A stretch of DNA of 64,000 nucleotides from an uncultured delta proteobacterium (GCA_963822965.1 CAWGJT010000014.1:320001-384000); one strand, 5' to 3'; positions 49,731 to 61,079 are shown, numbered from the stretch's first letter. The notes: a model not told the origin generated them from the letters alone. Numbers and translations are program-made.

Positions 49731-51461
49731 TCAGGCGTACCACGACTCCGCCAGGGCGCCGAAGAAGGCGCGCGAGCCGCTCCGCAGGTTGCCGAGCGCG
49801 TAGCCGCCCTCCTGCACGACCAGGGTGCGCAGGCCGAGGCGTCCGATGGCCTGGCCCGCCCCGCGCAGACCGCGCGGGGACAGGTCGAAGTTGCCCGTGG
49901 GGTCGCCTCGCATGGTGTCGTAGCCGAGCGCGACCACGAGCCAGTCGGGACGGAAGCGTCCGATCTCGCGCAGGCCGGCAGCCAGCACCTCCTGGTAGCC
50001 CTCGTCGCCGAGCAGGCTGCGCACCGGGAAGTTGCGGTTGAACCCCAGCCCCTCGCCCTCGCCGCGCTCGTCCGCGTAGCCCGCGAAGTAGGGGTAGTGG
50101 TCGCGCGGCTCGCCGTGGATCGAGACGGTGAGCACGTCCGGACGTCCGTAGAAGATGTCCTGCTGGCCGTTGCCGTGGTGATAGTCGAGGTCGAGGATGG
50201 CAACCCGCCCGCCCGCGGACAGGATGTGCGCCGCGATGGCGGCGTTGTTGAAGTAGCAGAAGCCCCCGTAGACCCGGCGCTGGGCGTGGTGTCCGGGAGG
50301 GCGGCACAGCGCGTAGACGATGTGCTCGCCGTCCCGCAGCAGCCCGGCCGCCGTCACCGCGCAGTCGACGGCGCCGCGCGCGGCGCGATAGGCGGCCTGG
50401 GAGAGCGGCGTGAACGTGTCGATGCAGTAGTAGCCCGCGCGGATCGCCATCTCGCGGGGCCGGCGCTCGGGTCGGCGCACGGGGAAGACCTGCGGATACA
50501 GGGTCTCCTTCTCCCCCAGGCTCTCGCAGGCCCGCCGCAGGTAGCTCACGTAGTCGCCGTCGTGAACGGCGCGGATCGCGTCCTCGCCCACGTGCCGCGC
50601 GGGCGTCTCCAGGACCGGCAGCTCCCGCAGCCCACGCAGGATCGCGCCGACCCGGGCGGGCCGCTCGACGTACCCGCGCTCGCGCACGTGGTGGATCTCG
50701 TGATGGACCGCCGGGACCACGATCCGGATCGGGCGGATGCGCCCGTGCAGGGGCGGGACGGGGCGCGACTCGCGCGAGTAGCGCGGTGACCGCAGGCGGA
50801 CCGGATCGTCGCGAAAGGACTCGACGATGCGCCGCACCTCGGACGCTTCGACCTCGCCGGCGTAGCGGGTCTCGAGCAGGCGTCGGGCCGCCGCCCGCGC
50901 CCGGGTGCGGGGCAGGGGCTTGCTCCGGCCCAGGTCGTCGTACAGCAGCATCGGCGAGTCGTAGCCGAGCCGGCGTTCGGGATCGTCCCACCGCGTCCCG
51001 AGGATCGGGTACGCGCCGAAGCTCTCGTAGAAGCGGGCGCGGCTCCTGCGTTCGGCCATCTCCGCGGGGTCGCGGGGGGCCGCTGGCTCGTCGGGCGGGA
51101 CCTCGAGCAGCAGACCGTGGGCCTTCTTGTGGCCGAGATACTCGCGGACCGACTCGTACAGGGCGCGCCCGATGCCCCGCCGGCTACGTTCGGGATCGCT
51201 GCCGATGTAATCGAGGAAGCCGATCCGGACGCGCGGGAAGTAGTGGAGCAGGGCGAAGCCGACCACGCCGCGTCCCTCTTCTTCCGCCACCAGCAGGGTC
51301 GCCTCGAAGTCGAGGTCGGCGCGGCGGCCGATCAGCTCGCCGAGGCCATCCGCGTAGTCGGCCTCCTTCGGGAACACCCGGCGGAAGAGCGCCTGCACCT
51401 CCGCGAGCTTGCGACGGTCGGTCTCGCTCGCGCGGTCGACGAGCCGTCCGAAGCGGATCAT
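49731..51461 (-). CDS. GNAT acetyltransferase - histone deacetylase family (acetylpolyamine amidohydrolase-like) fusion
   Basis: N-terminus: FLDYI...RRGIGRALY (GNAT motif A), RARFYESFG. C-terminus: RPPGHHA, GGFCYFNNAA, DLDYHHGNG, DT..GDP, QEGGY. One uninterrupted ORF. Confidence 0.9.
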   Translation of the reverse strand: MIRFGRLVDRASETDRRKLAEVQALFRRVFPKEADYADGLGELIGRRADLDFEATLLVAEEEGRGVVGFALLHYFPRVRIGFLDYIGSDPERSRRGIGRALYESVREYLGHKKAHGLLLEVPPDEPAAPRDPAEMAERRSRARFYESFGAYPILGTRWDDPERRLGYDSPMLLYDDLGRSKPLPRTRARAAARRLLETRYAGEVEASEVRRIVESFRDDPVRLRSPRYSRESRPVPPLHGRIRPIRIVVPAVHHEIHHVRERGYVERPARVGAILRGLRELPVLETPARHVGEDAIRAVHDGDYVSYLRRACESLGEKETLYPQVFPVRRPERRPREMAIRAGYYCIDTFTPLSQAAYRAARGAVDCAVTAAGLLRDGEHIVYALCRPPGHHAQRRVYGGFCYFNNAAIAAHILSAGGRVAILDLDYHHGNGQQDIFYGRPDVLTVSIHGEPRDHYPYFAGYADERGEGEGLGFNRNFPVRSLLGDEGYQEVLAAGLREIGRFRPDWLVVALGYDTMRGDPTGNFDLSPRGLRGAGQAIGRLGLRTLVVQEGGYALGNLRSGSRAFFGALAESWYA

Positions 51462-51696
51462 CTCGTAGTTTCCTCCCCGGGAAATGGGTGTCCGTGCAGC
51501 GCCGCGCGGACCGGCTGGACTCTCTGTCAGCCCCTACCCGCCGTCAACGTCGGGGCGCTCCGGGTCGCGCGCCGCGTGCCGTGCGGCGCCCTGGTCCGAT
51601 CCCGCGGAACGGGCCGCGGCGCTCCGGGTGGGCTCCGAGTAGAATCGAGGTCGGGCTGGCGATGCCGTAGCCGTCCAACGAGAGGAGGAGCTCGAC

Positions 51697-52896
51697 ATGG
51701 GAGCCCACGAGGCGCGGATCCGCGACTGGGTGATCGACGCCGACACCCACATCACCGAGCCGGGGGATCTGTGGACGAGCCGGCTGCCGGCGCGCTTTCA
51801 GGACCGTGCGCCGCGCGTGGTTCGCAACCCCGAGACCGCGGTCGAGACCTGGCGCATCGGCGAGGGCTCCGCGTTCCTGCCCGTCGGCTTCACCGCCCTG
51901 GCCGGCTGGCCGGAGCCGTTCCCGGCGGCGCCGCGGAACATCGACGAGGTGCCGAAGGCCGCCTGGGATGCGGGCGCGCGCCTGGCGTACATGGACCGGG
52001 TGGGGATCTGGGCCATGGCCCTGTACCCGAACGTCGGCGGCTTCGGGAGCCAGGCCTTCCTCGGCCTGAAGGATCCCGAGCTGATGCTCGCGTGCGTGCG
52101 TGCCTACAACGACTTCCTGATCGACTGGATCGCCCCGGACCCCCGGCGCTTCATTCCGATCCTGGCGACGCCGTTCTGGGACGTCGAGGCCACGGCGCGT
52201 GAGATCGAGCGCTGCGCGAAGCTCGGCCACAAGGGCGTCCTCTTCACCGGCGAGCCCCAGAGCCACGGCATGCCGATCCTGGCGAGCGACCACTGGAACC
52301 CGATCTGGGAGGCCGCGCGCGCGTGCGATCTGCCCGTCAGCTTCCACATCGGCGCGGGAACCTTCGACGACGGCTTCACGCCCGAGCGCATCAAGACGAT
52401 GGGGGGCGGCCGCACCAACGGGTTCACGGCCGTGTCGCTCTTCCTCGACAACGGCAAGCAGCTGGCCGACCTGCTCTTCTCGGGCATCCTGCCGCGCTAT
52501 CCGGATCTCCGCTTCGTGTCCGTGGAGTCGGGGATCGGCTTCATTCCCTTCGTGCTCGAGGCCTGTGACTACACGTTCGAGTACGGCGCCGTGCGCCGCG
52601 CCCACCCGGAGTTCACCCTGAAGCCCTCCGAGTACTTCGCCCGGCAGGTCTACGGCTGCTACATCTTCGAGGAGCACGCGCCGCGCGAGCTGATGGATTC
52701 GATCGGCGAGGACAACATCCTCTTCGAGACGGACTACCCGCACCCGGTCTGTCTCTACGGCAACGTACGCGAGAAGATCGACGCGGCGCTGGGCGACGCG
52801 CGGCCGGAAGCCCGGCATAAGGTGCTGTGGGGCAACGCGGCGAAGCTCTACAAGGTGGCCCCGCCCGACGTCCCGGCGCCGGTTCCGGTGGGGTGA
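51697..52896 (+). CDS. Amidohydrolase_2 family protein
   Basis: IDADTHITEP, AYNDFL, FHIG, SVESGIG, FETDYPH; GGAGGAG SD. Confidence 0.9.
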   Translation: MGAHEARIRDWVIDADTHITEPGDLWTSRLPARFQDRAPRVVRNPETAVETWRIGEGSAFLPVGFTALAGWPEPFPAAPRNIDEVPKAAWDAGARLAYMDRVGIWAMALYPNVGGFGSQAFLGLKDPELMLACVRAYNDFLIDWIAPDPRRFIPILATPFWDVEATAREIERCAKLGHKGVLFTGEPQSHGMPILASDHWNPIWEAARACDLPVSFHIGAGTFDDGFTPERIKTMGGGRTNGFTAVSLFLDNGKQLADLLFSGILPRYPDLRFVSVESGIGFIPFVLEACDYTFEYGAVRRAHPEFTLKPSEYFARQVYGCYIFEEHAPRELMDSIGEDNILFETDYPHPVCLYGNVREKIDAALGDARPEARHKVLWGNAAKLYKVAPPDVPAPVPVG

Positions 52897-52931
52897 TCGT
52901 GCCCGCGCCCCGAACCGGGGCAGGCGCCCGC

Positions 52932-53615
52932 TCAGGGTGAGGCGAGCCCCCGGGCGAAGTCGGCGATGAGTCCCGCGACTTCGGCGGCGTGCGTGTCCTC
53001 GTGCATGAGGTGCTCACCGCCTTCGATCAGCACGAAGCGGGCGTCGGGCATCTTGCGCTCGAGGTACTCGGCCGAGCGGCTGTAGGCCGCGTCGTCGGCG
53101 CTGCCGGCGAGCGCCAGGGTCGGCACGTCGAGCTTCGCCAGGCGGTCCATCACCAGGCTGTCGTGCTGCAGGTTCAGCCCCGCCACCTGGGGCTCGACGC
53201 CGAAGCGATGGGCATTGCGGCGCGAACGGGCGTTCCAGGCCTCGCGCTTCTCGGCGTCCCGAAAGCCCGGTCCGGTGGCCATCACCACGAGCCCCCGGAC
53301 CCGGCCGGGCCGGGTGGCCGCATAGGCGAGGCACAGGTATCCGCCCAGCGAGTGTCCGACGAGGATCGGCTTCTCGTCCTGGGGGCCCAGGCTCGCGATC
53401 ACCTCGTCCAGGTCGCGAAGCGCCTCGTCGCGCGAGTAGAGCGCCGGGTCGGAAGGCACGGGCGAGCGGCCGTGCCCGAGCAGGTCGAAGGCCACCACCG
53501 TGAAGCGGTCCTGCAGGGCGTCCATCTGCGCCCGCCAGCTCTCGGACGAGACGCCCATTCCGTGGACGAAGACGAGGGCCGGGCCCTGACCGCGGCGTTC
53601 GACGTGGACACGCAT
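52932..53615 (-). CDS. Alpha/beta fold hydrolase
   Basis: FVHGMG, DLLGHGRS, GHSLGG, C-terminal GEH. Confidence 0.88.
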   Translation of the reverse strand: MRVHVERRGQGPALVFVHGMGVSSESWRAQMDALQDRFTVVAFDLLGHGRSPVPSDPALYSRDEALRDLDEVIASLGPQDEKPILVGHSLGGYLCLAYAATRPGRVRGLVVMATGPGFRDAEKREAWNARSRRNAHRFGVEPQVAGLNLQHDSLVMDRLAKLDVPTLALAGSADDAAYSRSAEYLERKMPDARFVLIEGGEHLMHEDTHAAEVAGLIADFARGLASP

Positions 53616-53683
53616 GGCCCGAGGGTACATCGCCCGGGAGGCCGCCGGCACCGCCATCGGCGCTCTCGCCAGGCGGGGTCCGG

Positions 53684-54283
53684 CTAGTGGGACGCCGGAT
53701 CCGCCGGGCCGGCGGCCGCATCGATCGCACGGGCGGCGCCGAGGATGTCGGCTGCCTCGTGGCGCTTCTTGTAGCCGTCATAGAAGAGCTTCGCGCGGAT
53801 CACCCCCTTCGCGTCGACGATCACGGTGCCGGGGTAGGGGATGCCGTCGAAGCGGCCGTGGGCCTCGTGGTTCCGGATCCCGTAGGCGTCGATCGTCCGG
53901 CTTCCGGGGTCCGAGAGGAGGGGGTACGTGATACCGCGCTTCTCCGCGAAGCGTGCGAGGACCCCGGGGTCGTCGTAGCTCACTGCGACCAGCTCGATTC
54001 CGGCCTCGTGGATCTTCTCCAGGCTCTGCTGCAGCTCGACCAGCTGCCGTTGGCAGTAGGGTCACCAGTCGGCGGAGCGGAAGAAGACGATCGCGAGCGT
54101 CCCGTGCCCGAGAAGCGTCTCCAGGCTGTGGGTGGCACCGCGCTGGTCGACGAGGCTGAGCTTCGGGGCGACCTCTCCGACGGCGAGCCCGACCTCTTTC
54201 GCTGCCGCCCGCGGCGGCGAAAGCAATCCCGCGGCAAGGCACGTCACGGCCAGGAGGGCCGACACCGATCGCATTCGCTGCAT
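53684..54283 (-). CDS. AhpC/TSA peroxiredoxin-like protein, probable selenoprotein (in-frame TGA at 54062-54064)
   Basis: Signal peptide; FFRSADW-TGA-PYCQRQL is a UxxC in place of thioredoxin-fold CxxC; frame continues into SYDD...YPLLSD...PGTVIVD. Confidence 0.85.
54031..54047 (-). promoter_or_regulatory. Putative bacterial SECIS hairpin
   Basis: GCAGCU-GGUCG-AGCUGC starting 14 nt after the UGA. Confidence 0.6.
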
Positions 54284-54460
54284 CTCTCGGTCCCTCTCGA
54301 ATCCGTCCCGGATCTTCAGGCCAGAGCCTGCGCCGCGCCTGCGCACCCGGGTCGCGGGCCGCACGAGGTTGGCCCTCGCGCGGCGAGCGCGCAACCATCC
54401 GGTCGGTGCGCGGTTGGAGAGGGGTGAGCCGGAGGAACGGGGCAGGGGAGACGCGCGAGC

Positions 54461-55272
54461 ATGCTGGCCGATCGATCCGCTTCCCAGGCTGCGCTGGCGA
54501 TCCAGCGCTTCGGGCTGGGTGCCCGCCCCGGCGAGCAGCGGGAGGTGGCCCGGGATCCCCAGGGGCTGGCTCGCGGCCCAGCTCGTGCCCGAGCGGGAGC
54601 TGCCGGTCCCGCTCGACGAGCTTCCGTCCACCGGCGACGACGCCTGGGCGTTCTTCGGCTGGCTGATCGAGACCGGCATGGCGGCCCGGCGCGCCAAGCG
54701 CTGGGGCCGGCCCGTGCCCGACGCCATCGCCAGCCTCGAGGCGACCTTCCATCCGCGCTACGAGCGCGCGCTGGCCGCTCGCTTCCAGGTGGCCGCCGCC
54801 ACCGACACCCCGTTCCGCGAGCGGCTGGTGCACTTCTGGAGCGGCCACTTCGTGATCTCCGCGGTGCGCCCGGTGACCCTTGCGCTGCCGCCGTCCTTCG
54901 AGCGCGACGTGGTGCGCCCGCACGTCGTGGGCCGCTTCGAGGACATGCTGCTGGCGTCCACGAAGCACCCGGGCATGCTCCTCTATCTGGACAACGAGCG
55001 GAACCTGGGACCGCGCTCGAAGGAGGCCCGCGAGCCGCGCAAGCGGCTGTTCCAGCTCCCCATCGACCCGCCCACCGGCCTCAACGAGAACCTGGCGCGC
55101 GAGGTTCTCGAGCTGCACACGCTGGGTGTCCACGGCGGCTACACCCAGGCCGACGTCACCCGCTTCGCGAAGGTGCTGAGCGGCTGGCGGATTCGCGTGA
55201 GGCCCTTCTTCCGCGGCTTCTACGACGCCGAGGACCTGATGCGCTTCGACGCCGACTCCCACGAGCCGGGTC
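54461..55272 (+). pseudogene. DUF1800 family protein, 3'-truncated
   Basis: RFGLGARPG, FRERLVHFWSGHF, MLLYLDN, NENLAREVLELHTLG, YTQADV, then homology stops at HEPGP. Confidence 0.75.
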
Positions 55273-55289
55273 CGCCGGGATTCCGGCGG
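55272..55289 (-). terminator. Hairpin downstream of glnK
   Basis: CCGCCGG-GATT-CCGGCGG. Confidence 0.45.
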
Positions 55290-55299
55290 GCCCGCCCGT

Positions 55300-55677
<378 letters not shown>

Positions 55678-56130
55678 TCAGACATGCTCGCGACCGGGTG
55701 ACAAGGACGCACCGGCGGGTGCCGCCCCGCCGAAGGCCGAGTTGGCGCTCGTCCCGAAGGCCGGGATGTCGTAGGCGTGCATTCCGTGCTCGCCGATGTC
55801 CAGCCCTTCCTCTTCCTCCTCCGGAGACACGCGCACGCCGAGGACCATCTTGATCGCGTACCAGACCACGAGCGAGCCCAGGAAGGTGAAGGCGCCCGCG
55901 TAGATGACGCCCTTGAGCTGGACCAGGGTCTGCGAGAAGCGCGAGAGCCCGGTGGCCAGCCCCGCGACGCTGGTGGCGACGCCGTCGTCGTAGAAGACGC
56001 CCAGCGCCAGGGTCCCCCAGACGCCGTTCACCAGGTGCACGCTCAGGGCGCCGACGGGGTCGTCGATCTTCAGCCGGTCGAAGGCCAGCACGGACACCAA
56101 GAGAGCGACCGTCGCGAACACCACCATTGC
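55678..56130 (-). pseudogene. amtB: Ammonium transporter C-terminal fragment
   Basis: KIDDPVGALSVHLVNGVWGTLALG, RVSPEEEEEGLDIGEHG; N-terminal two-thirds missing. Confidence 0.85.
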
Positions 56131-56597
56131 GATTCCGAGCGGTCGCAGCCGCCCGGACGAGGACCACGCGTTCATGCGCATTTCTCCAGGGGAGGGTTCG
56201 AGCTCGTGCGAGCTCCTTGGGTCGGAGCGACCCCGGGGAGGGGGCGTGGCTGCTCGCCCAGTGCGGGCATCCGCGTCGCGAGCCCCGCCCTTCAAGCAAG
56301 CGGTGTGCCAGGAGCCGCTCTCCCCGCCTCGCCGCATCGGACCGCGCCGGAGGTGGAGCGCCGATTCTCAACCGTACGGAAGCGGGCGGGATGGGGCGGG
56401 CTGCGGCACAGGCGTCCCCGACGACATGCCTACCGTCCGGGCAGGCTGCACACTCCCTGGGCGGCGCGGCCGCGGCACGGCCCCGAGCGGATGGCCCGGC
56501 GGTGGATCCTGCGGCGTTCGGGCCCCGCCAGCGGGACCCGCCCCCGGGTAGCGTATGCTCGGCGCATGGAGCGGGCGGGGGCCCAACGGGTCGGATC

Positions 56598-59150
56598 GTG
56601 AGACAACGCATCCTCACCGCATTGGGGCCGCTGCTCGGGCTCGGCTTGGTGACCGTGTCCGTGGTGGTCCTCCGCCACGAGCTGCTGACCTACCACCTGC
56701 GCGACGTCGTCGGGCACCTGCGTGGAACTCCCGGAACCGCGCTCGTCGTCGCACTGGTGCTGACGGTTCTCGGCTATCTGGCCCTCACGGGCTACGACGC
56801 GCTGGCCTTCCGCTACGTGCGCAACCCGCTGCCCTACCCGCGCATCGCCCTCTCGTCGTTCGTCGCCTTCGTGTTCAGCCACAACGTCGGGTTGTCCTTT
56901 CTCGGGGGCAGCGCGGTCCGCTATCGGATGCTCTCGAGCTGGGGCGTACGGGCCGACGACATCGCGCGGGTCATCGCGTTCGCCCTGCTCACCTTCTGGC
57001 TCGGATTCCTCCTGCTCGGCGGGCTCGTCCACACGTTCTGGCCCCTGGCCGTGGACCTTCCGGGCGTTCCCTTCGCCTCGACTCGTCCGCTCGGGGTGGG
57101 GCTGCTGGCCGTGCTGGCCGGCTACCTGGGCTGGGTGGTCCTGCGCGGTGAATCGTTCTTCGTGCGCGGCGTCCGCATCGAGCTTCCCGGCCTCTCCATG
57201 ACGGCCGCCCAGCTCGCGATCTCGACGATCGACTGGCTGCTGGCGTGCGGGGTCCTCTACGCGCTGATGCCCTCGTCGCCCGGCCTCTCGTTCCCGGCCT
57301 TGCTGGGCGTCTACCTGCTCGCGGTCTTCGTGGGTCTCGTCAGCCACGTGCCCGGCGGTCTCGGCGTGTTCGAGACGGTGATGGTGGTGCTCCTGCGACC
57401 GGCTCTTCCCGGCGACGAGGTCCTGGCTTCCATCCTCGCCTACCGGATCGTCTACTACCTGCTCCCGATGGCCGTCGCAATCGTGCTCTTCGTCGGGTAC
57501 GAGGTGCGCCAGAGCGCCGCCCGCCTCACCCGGGCGGCGGTCGCCGCCCAGGGATGGGTGGCCGCCGTCGCGCCCCGACTGCTCGCGCTGACGACCTTCT
57601 TCGCGGGAGCCGTGCTCCTGCTGTCCGGGGCGACGCCCGAGCTTCCCGAGCGGGTGGCCTGGCTCCGCGAGGCGCTCCCGCTTCCGCTGATCGAGATCTC
57701 GAAGCTGCTGGGGAGCGTCTTCGGCGTGCTCCTCCTGCTGCTGGCCAACGCGCTGCGCCAACGCATAGACGCCGCCTACTATGGAACCCTCGCCCTGCTG
57801 GTGGGGGGAATCGCCGCTTCGCTGCTGAAGGGGCTCGACTGGGAGGAATCCGCCATCCTCGGCGCCATGGGCCTCGCCCTGCTTCCGTGTCGATCCTTCT
57901 TCTATCGACGAAGCTCGCTTCTCGCGCAGCCGCTCTCGCCCGGCTGGTGGGTGGCGGTGGCCGTCGTCGGTCTGGGTGCCGTGTTCGCGCTCGAGCTCGC
58001 CTATCGCCACGTCGAGTACTCCCACGAGCTCTGGTGGCGCTTCGGTCCCGACGCGCAGGCCTCGCGTTCGCTCCGCGCCATGCTCGCGGCGGGCATGGCG
58101 CTTCTCGCGTTCGGAGGCGCCCGCCTGCTGCGACCTGCACCGCCGCTTCCGGATCTCCCCACCTCCCTCGATCTCGACCGCGCCCAGTCGATCTGCAACC
58201 AGAGCCCCCGGGTGAGCGGCTACCTGGCGCTCCTGGGCGACAAGGACCTCGTCTTCCACGAGGACGGGAACGCGTTCCTCATGTTCGGGGTGAGCGGCCG
58301 CACCTGGGTCGCGATGGGGGATCCGGTGGGCTCCGGGGCGGAACGCGAAGAGCTCGCCTGGCGCTTCCGCGAGCTGGCCGACCGCCACGGCGCTCGTGCC
58401 GTCTTCTACGAGGTCTCCGAAGAGGCGCTCCCGATCTACATCGATCTCGGGCTCGACCTTCGGAAGCTCGGTGAAGAGGCCCTGGTACCGCTCCGGTCCT
58501 TCTCGTTGGAGGGGAGCGCGCGAAAGGGTCTGCGCCAGTCCCAGAATCGCATGGCCCGCGAGGGGGTCGGCTTCGAGGTCGTTCCCACCTCGGGGGTGCC
58601 GCCCCTGCTCGACGAGCTCGAGGCGATCTCGAATTCCTGGCTCTCCCACAAGAACATGCGGGAGAAGCGCTTCTCGCTGGGCTTCTTCGATCGCGCCTAT
58701 CTCGCGCGCCTGCCCGTCGCGGTGGTCCGGAAGGCGGGCCGGATCGTCGCCTTCGCCAACGTCTGGCCGAGCGAGGCGCGGGTCGAGCTCTCCATCGACC
58801 TGATGCGCTATGACGAGAGCGCCCCGCCGGGCGTGATGGAGTATCTGTTCACCCAGCTCATGCTCTGGGGGCGGGCCGAGGGCTATGGCTACTTCAGCCT
58901 GGGGATGGCCCCTCTGTCCGGGTTCGAGCGCCGACCGCTCGCGCCGGTCTGGAATCGGCTGGGCGCGCTCCTCTTTCGTCACGGAGAGCATTTCTACAAC
59001 TTCCAGGGCCTCCGCACCTTCAAGGACAAGTTCGATCCCGAATGGCAGCCCCGCTACCTGGCGGCGCCCGGAGGTCTCGCCACGCCGCTGGTCCTCACCC
59101 GCATCGCGAGGCTGGTGTCGGGCGGCGTCTCAGGAGTCCTGACCCGATGA
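56598..59150 (+). CDS. mprF: Bifunctional aminoacyl-phosphatidylglycerol flippase/synthase
   Basis: GGSAVRYRM, SHVPGGLGVFE, KGLDWEE, LALLGDK, MGDPVG, KLGEEA, REKRFSLG, DLMR, FYNFQGLRTFKDKF. Confidence 0.95.
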   Translation: MRQRILTALGPLLGLGLVTVSVVVLRHELLTYHLRDVVGHLRGTPGTALVVALVLTVLGYLALTGYDALAFRYVRNPLPYPRIALSSFVAFVFSHNVGLSFLGGSAVRYRMLSSWGVRADDIARVIAFALLTFWLGFLLLGGLVHTFWPLAVDLPGVPFASTRPLGVGLLAVLAGYLGWVVLRGESFFVRGVRIELPGLSMTAAQLAISTIDWLLACGVLYALMPSSPGLSFPALLGVYLLAVFVGLVSHVPGGLGVFETVMVVLLRPALPGDEVLASILAYRIVYYLLPMAVAIVLFVGYEVRQSAARLTRAAVAAQGWVAAVAPRLLALTTFFAGAVLLLSGATPELPERVAWLREALPLPLIEISKLLGSVFGVLLLLLANALRQRIDAAYYGTLALLVGGIAASLLKGLDWEESAILGAMGLALLPCRSFFYRRSSLLAQPLSPGWWVAVAVVGLGAVFALELAYRHVEYSHELWWRFGPDAQASRSLRAMLAAGMALLAFGGARLLRPAPPLPDLPTSLDLDRAQSICNQSPRVSGYLALLGDKDLVFHEDGNAFLMFGVSGRTWVAMGDPVGSGAEREELAWRFRELADRHGARAVFYEVSEEALPIYIDLGLDLRKLGEEALVPLRSFSLEGSARKGLRQSQNRMAREGVGFEVVPTSGVPPLLDELEAISNSWLSHKNMREKRFSLGFFDRAYLARLPVAVVRKAGRIVAFANVWPSEARVELSIDLMRYDESAPPGVMEYLFTQLMLWGRAEGYGYFSLGMAPLSGFERRPLAPVWNRLGALLFRHGEHFYNFQGLRTFKDKFDPEWQPRYLAAPGGLATPLVLTRIARLVSGGVSGVLTR

Positions 59151-61010
59151 GTGAGACACCCAGCGAAGTCGCCGCGACCGGCACACCCGAGGCCTGGGAG
59201 TTCGCCGGATGGGGGCACGCCGAGCGCATTCCCGACCTGGCGAACCACGGCTTCACGGTCAAGCACCTGGATCAGCCCACCCGGCACACCCTGGGCACCT
59301 GGCGCGCGACGGCGATCTGCGCCAACGACATCACCTCGAGCGTCCTCTACGTCTCTGCACTCTGTGCTTCCCAGGCCGGTGTGCTCGCTCCCGTGGTGCT
59401 GTGCCTGGTGGCGGGTGTCCTCTACCTCTATCGCAAGGTCTACGCCGAGGTGGGGAGCGCGCTTCCGCTCAACGGCGGCACCTACACCCTGTTGCTCAAC
59501 ACGACGAACAAGCGGGTTGCCGCCGGGGCGGCCTGCCTCACGCTCCTCTCCTACATCGCCACCGCCGTGATCAGCGCCAGCGAGGCGATGCATTACGCCC
59601 ACAACCTCTGGGGCGGCCTGGACGTCTTCCCGGCGACGGTGACGCTGCTCGCGACCTTCGCCTTCCTGGGCATCCTGGGCATCAGCGAGTCGGCCGTCGT
59701 GGCGCTCGGCATCTTCATCCTCCACATGACGACCCTCACCATCCTGACCGTCGTCTGCGGCGTCGCCGTCGTGGGCGATCCGTCGCTCCTCGTCGCCAAC
59801 TGGCGCCTGCCCTCTCCCGACAGCCTGCCCCATGCGCTCTTCTTCGGCTTCGCAGCGGCGATGCTCGGCATCAGCGGCTTCGAGAGCTCCGCGAACTTCA
59901 TCGAAGAGCAGAAGGTGGGGGTCTTCCCGAAGACCCTGCGAAACATGTGGATCGCCGTCACCGTGTTCAACCCGTTGATCAGTCTGCTCTCCCTCGGGAT
60001 GCTCCCGCTGGCGCAGATCCAGGAGGTGCCGCCGGACCTGCTGGCGCGCATGGGCGACGTCGCGCTCGGCCGCCCGCTGGCGGTGCTGGTGAGCACCGAC
60101 GCGGCGCTGGTGCTCTCGGGTGCGGTGCTGACCAGCTTCGTGGGCGTGACGGGCCTGGTGCGCCGCATGGCTCTCGACCGCTGCCTGCCGCAGGTGCTAC
60201 TGCACGAAAACCGCTGGCGCAAGACGAATCACTGGATCCTGCTCGGCTTCTTCGGGCTCTGCACGTCGATCCTCGTGATCACGGCGGGTCGCATCGAGGC
60301 CCTGGCCGGGGTCTACACCCTCGCCTTCCTCAGCGTGATGGCGCTGTTCGCGGTGGGCAACATGTTGCTCAAGGCGCGTCGCGCCCGTCTGCCGCGCGAC
60401 GTGCGGGCGAGCTGGCCGACGGTCAGCACCGCCCTGTGCGCGGTCGTCGTGGGTCTCGTCGGCAACGTCGTCCTGGATCCGGTCAACCTCGAGATCTTCC
60501 AGGGCTACTTCGCCGCCACCCTGGTGGTCGTGGCCGTGATGTTCCTCCGCCTCGAGATCCTGAAGGTGGGCCTCTACGTCTCACGGGCGCTGGTGGCGCG
60601 ACTGACCACGGCCAGCAGCTGGATCCACGCCGCGGTCCTGAACCAGATCCAACGGATCAACGAGCGCCCGATGGTCTACTTCAGCAAGGGCGACGACATG
60701 GTCACCCTGAACCAGGCGGCTCTCTACGTGCTCGACAACGAGCAGACCTCGCGCCTGAAGGTGGTCTACGTCTACGAGGACGAGCAGCGAGGTCCCGTCG
60801 GATCTCGCGGATCACCTGCGGATCATCGATCACCTGTATCCCCGGCTCCGCATCGACTTCGTCGCCGTCAAGGGCGTCTTCGGGCCGGAGCTCGTCGAGT
60901 CGCTCTCCCGCAGGCTCGGCATCCCCAAGAACTACATGTTCATCGGAACCCCGGGCGACCGCTTCCCGCACCGCATCGAGGACCTGGGCGGCGTTCGAGT
61001 CGTGCTGTGA
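59147..61010 (+). CDS. APC family amino acid permease, frameshift near 60790
   Basis: ATAICANDITSSVLY, ALPLNGGTY, GISGFESSANFIEEQ, about 12 TM plus a cytoplasmic C-terminal domain ending GGVRVVL. Confidence 0.88.
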
Positions 61011-61031
61011 GCTGCCGGCGCATGTCGTGCC

Positions 61032-61079
61032 CTTCGTGTCGCCCATGAGCTTCGTGTCGCCGAGGGTCTTCGTGTCGCC
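61032..61079 (+). repeat. Three direct repeats of CTTCGTGTCGCC at 18 bp period
   Basis: Copies at 61032, 61050 and 61068 separated by different 6 nt spacers; intergenic. Confidence 0.85.
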
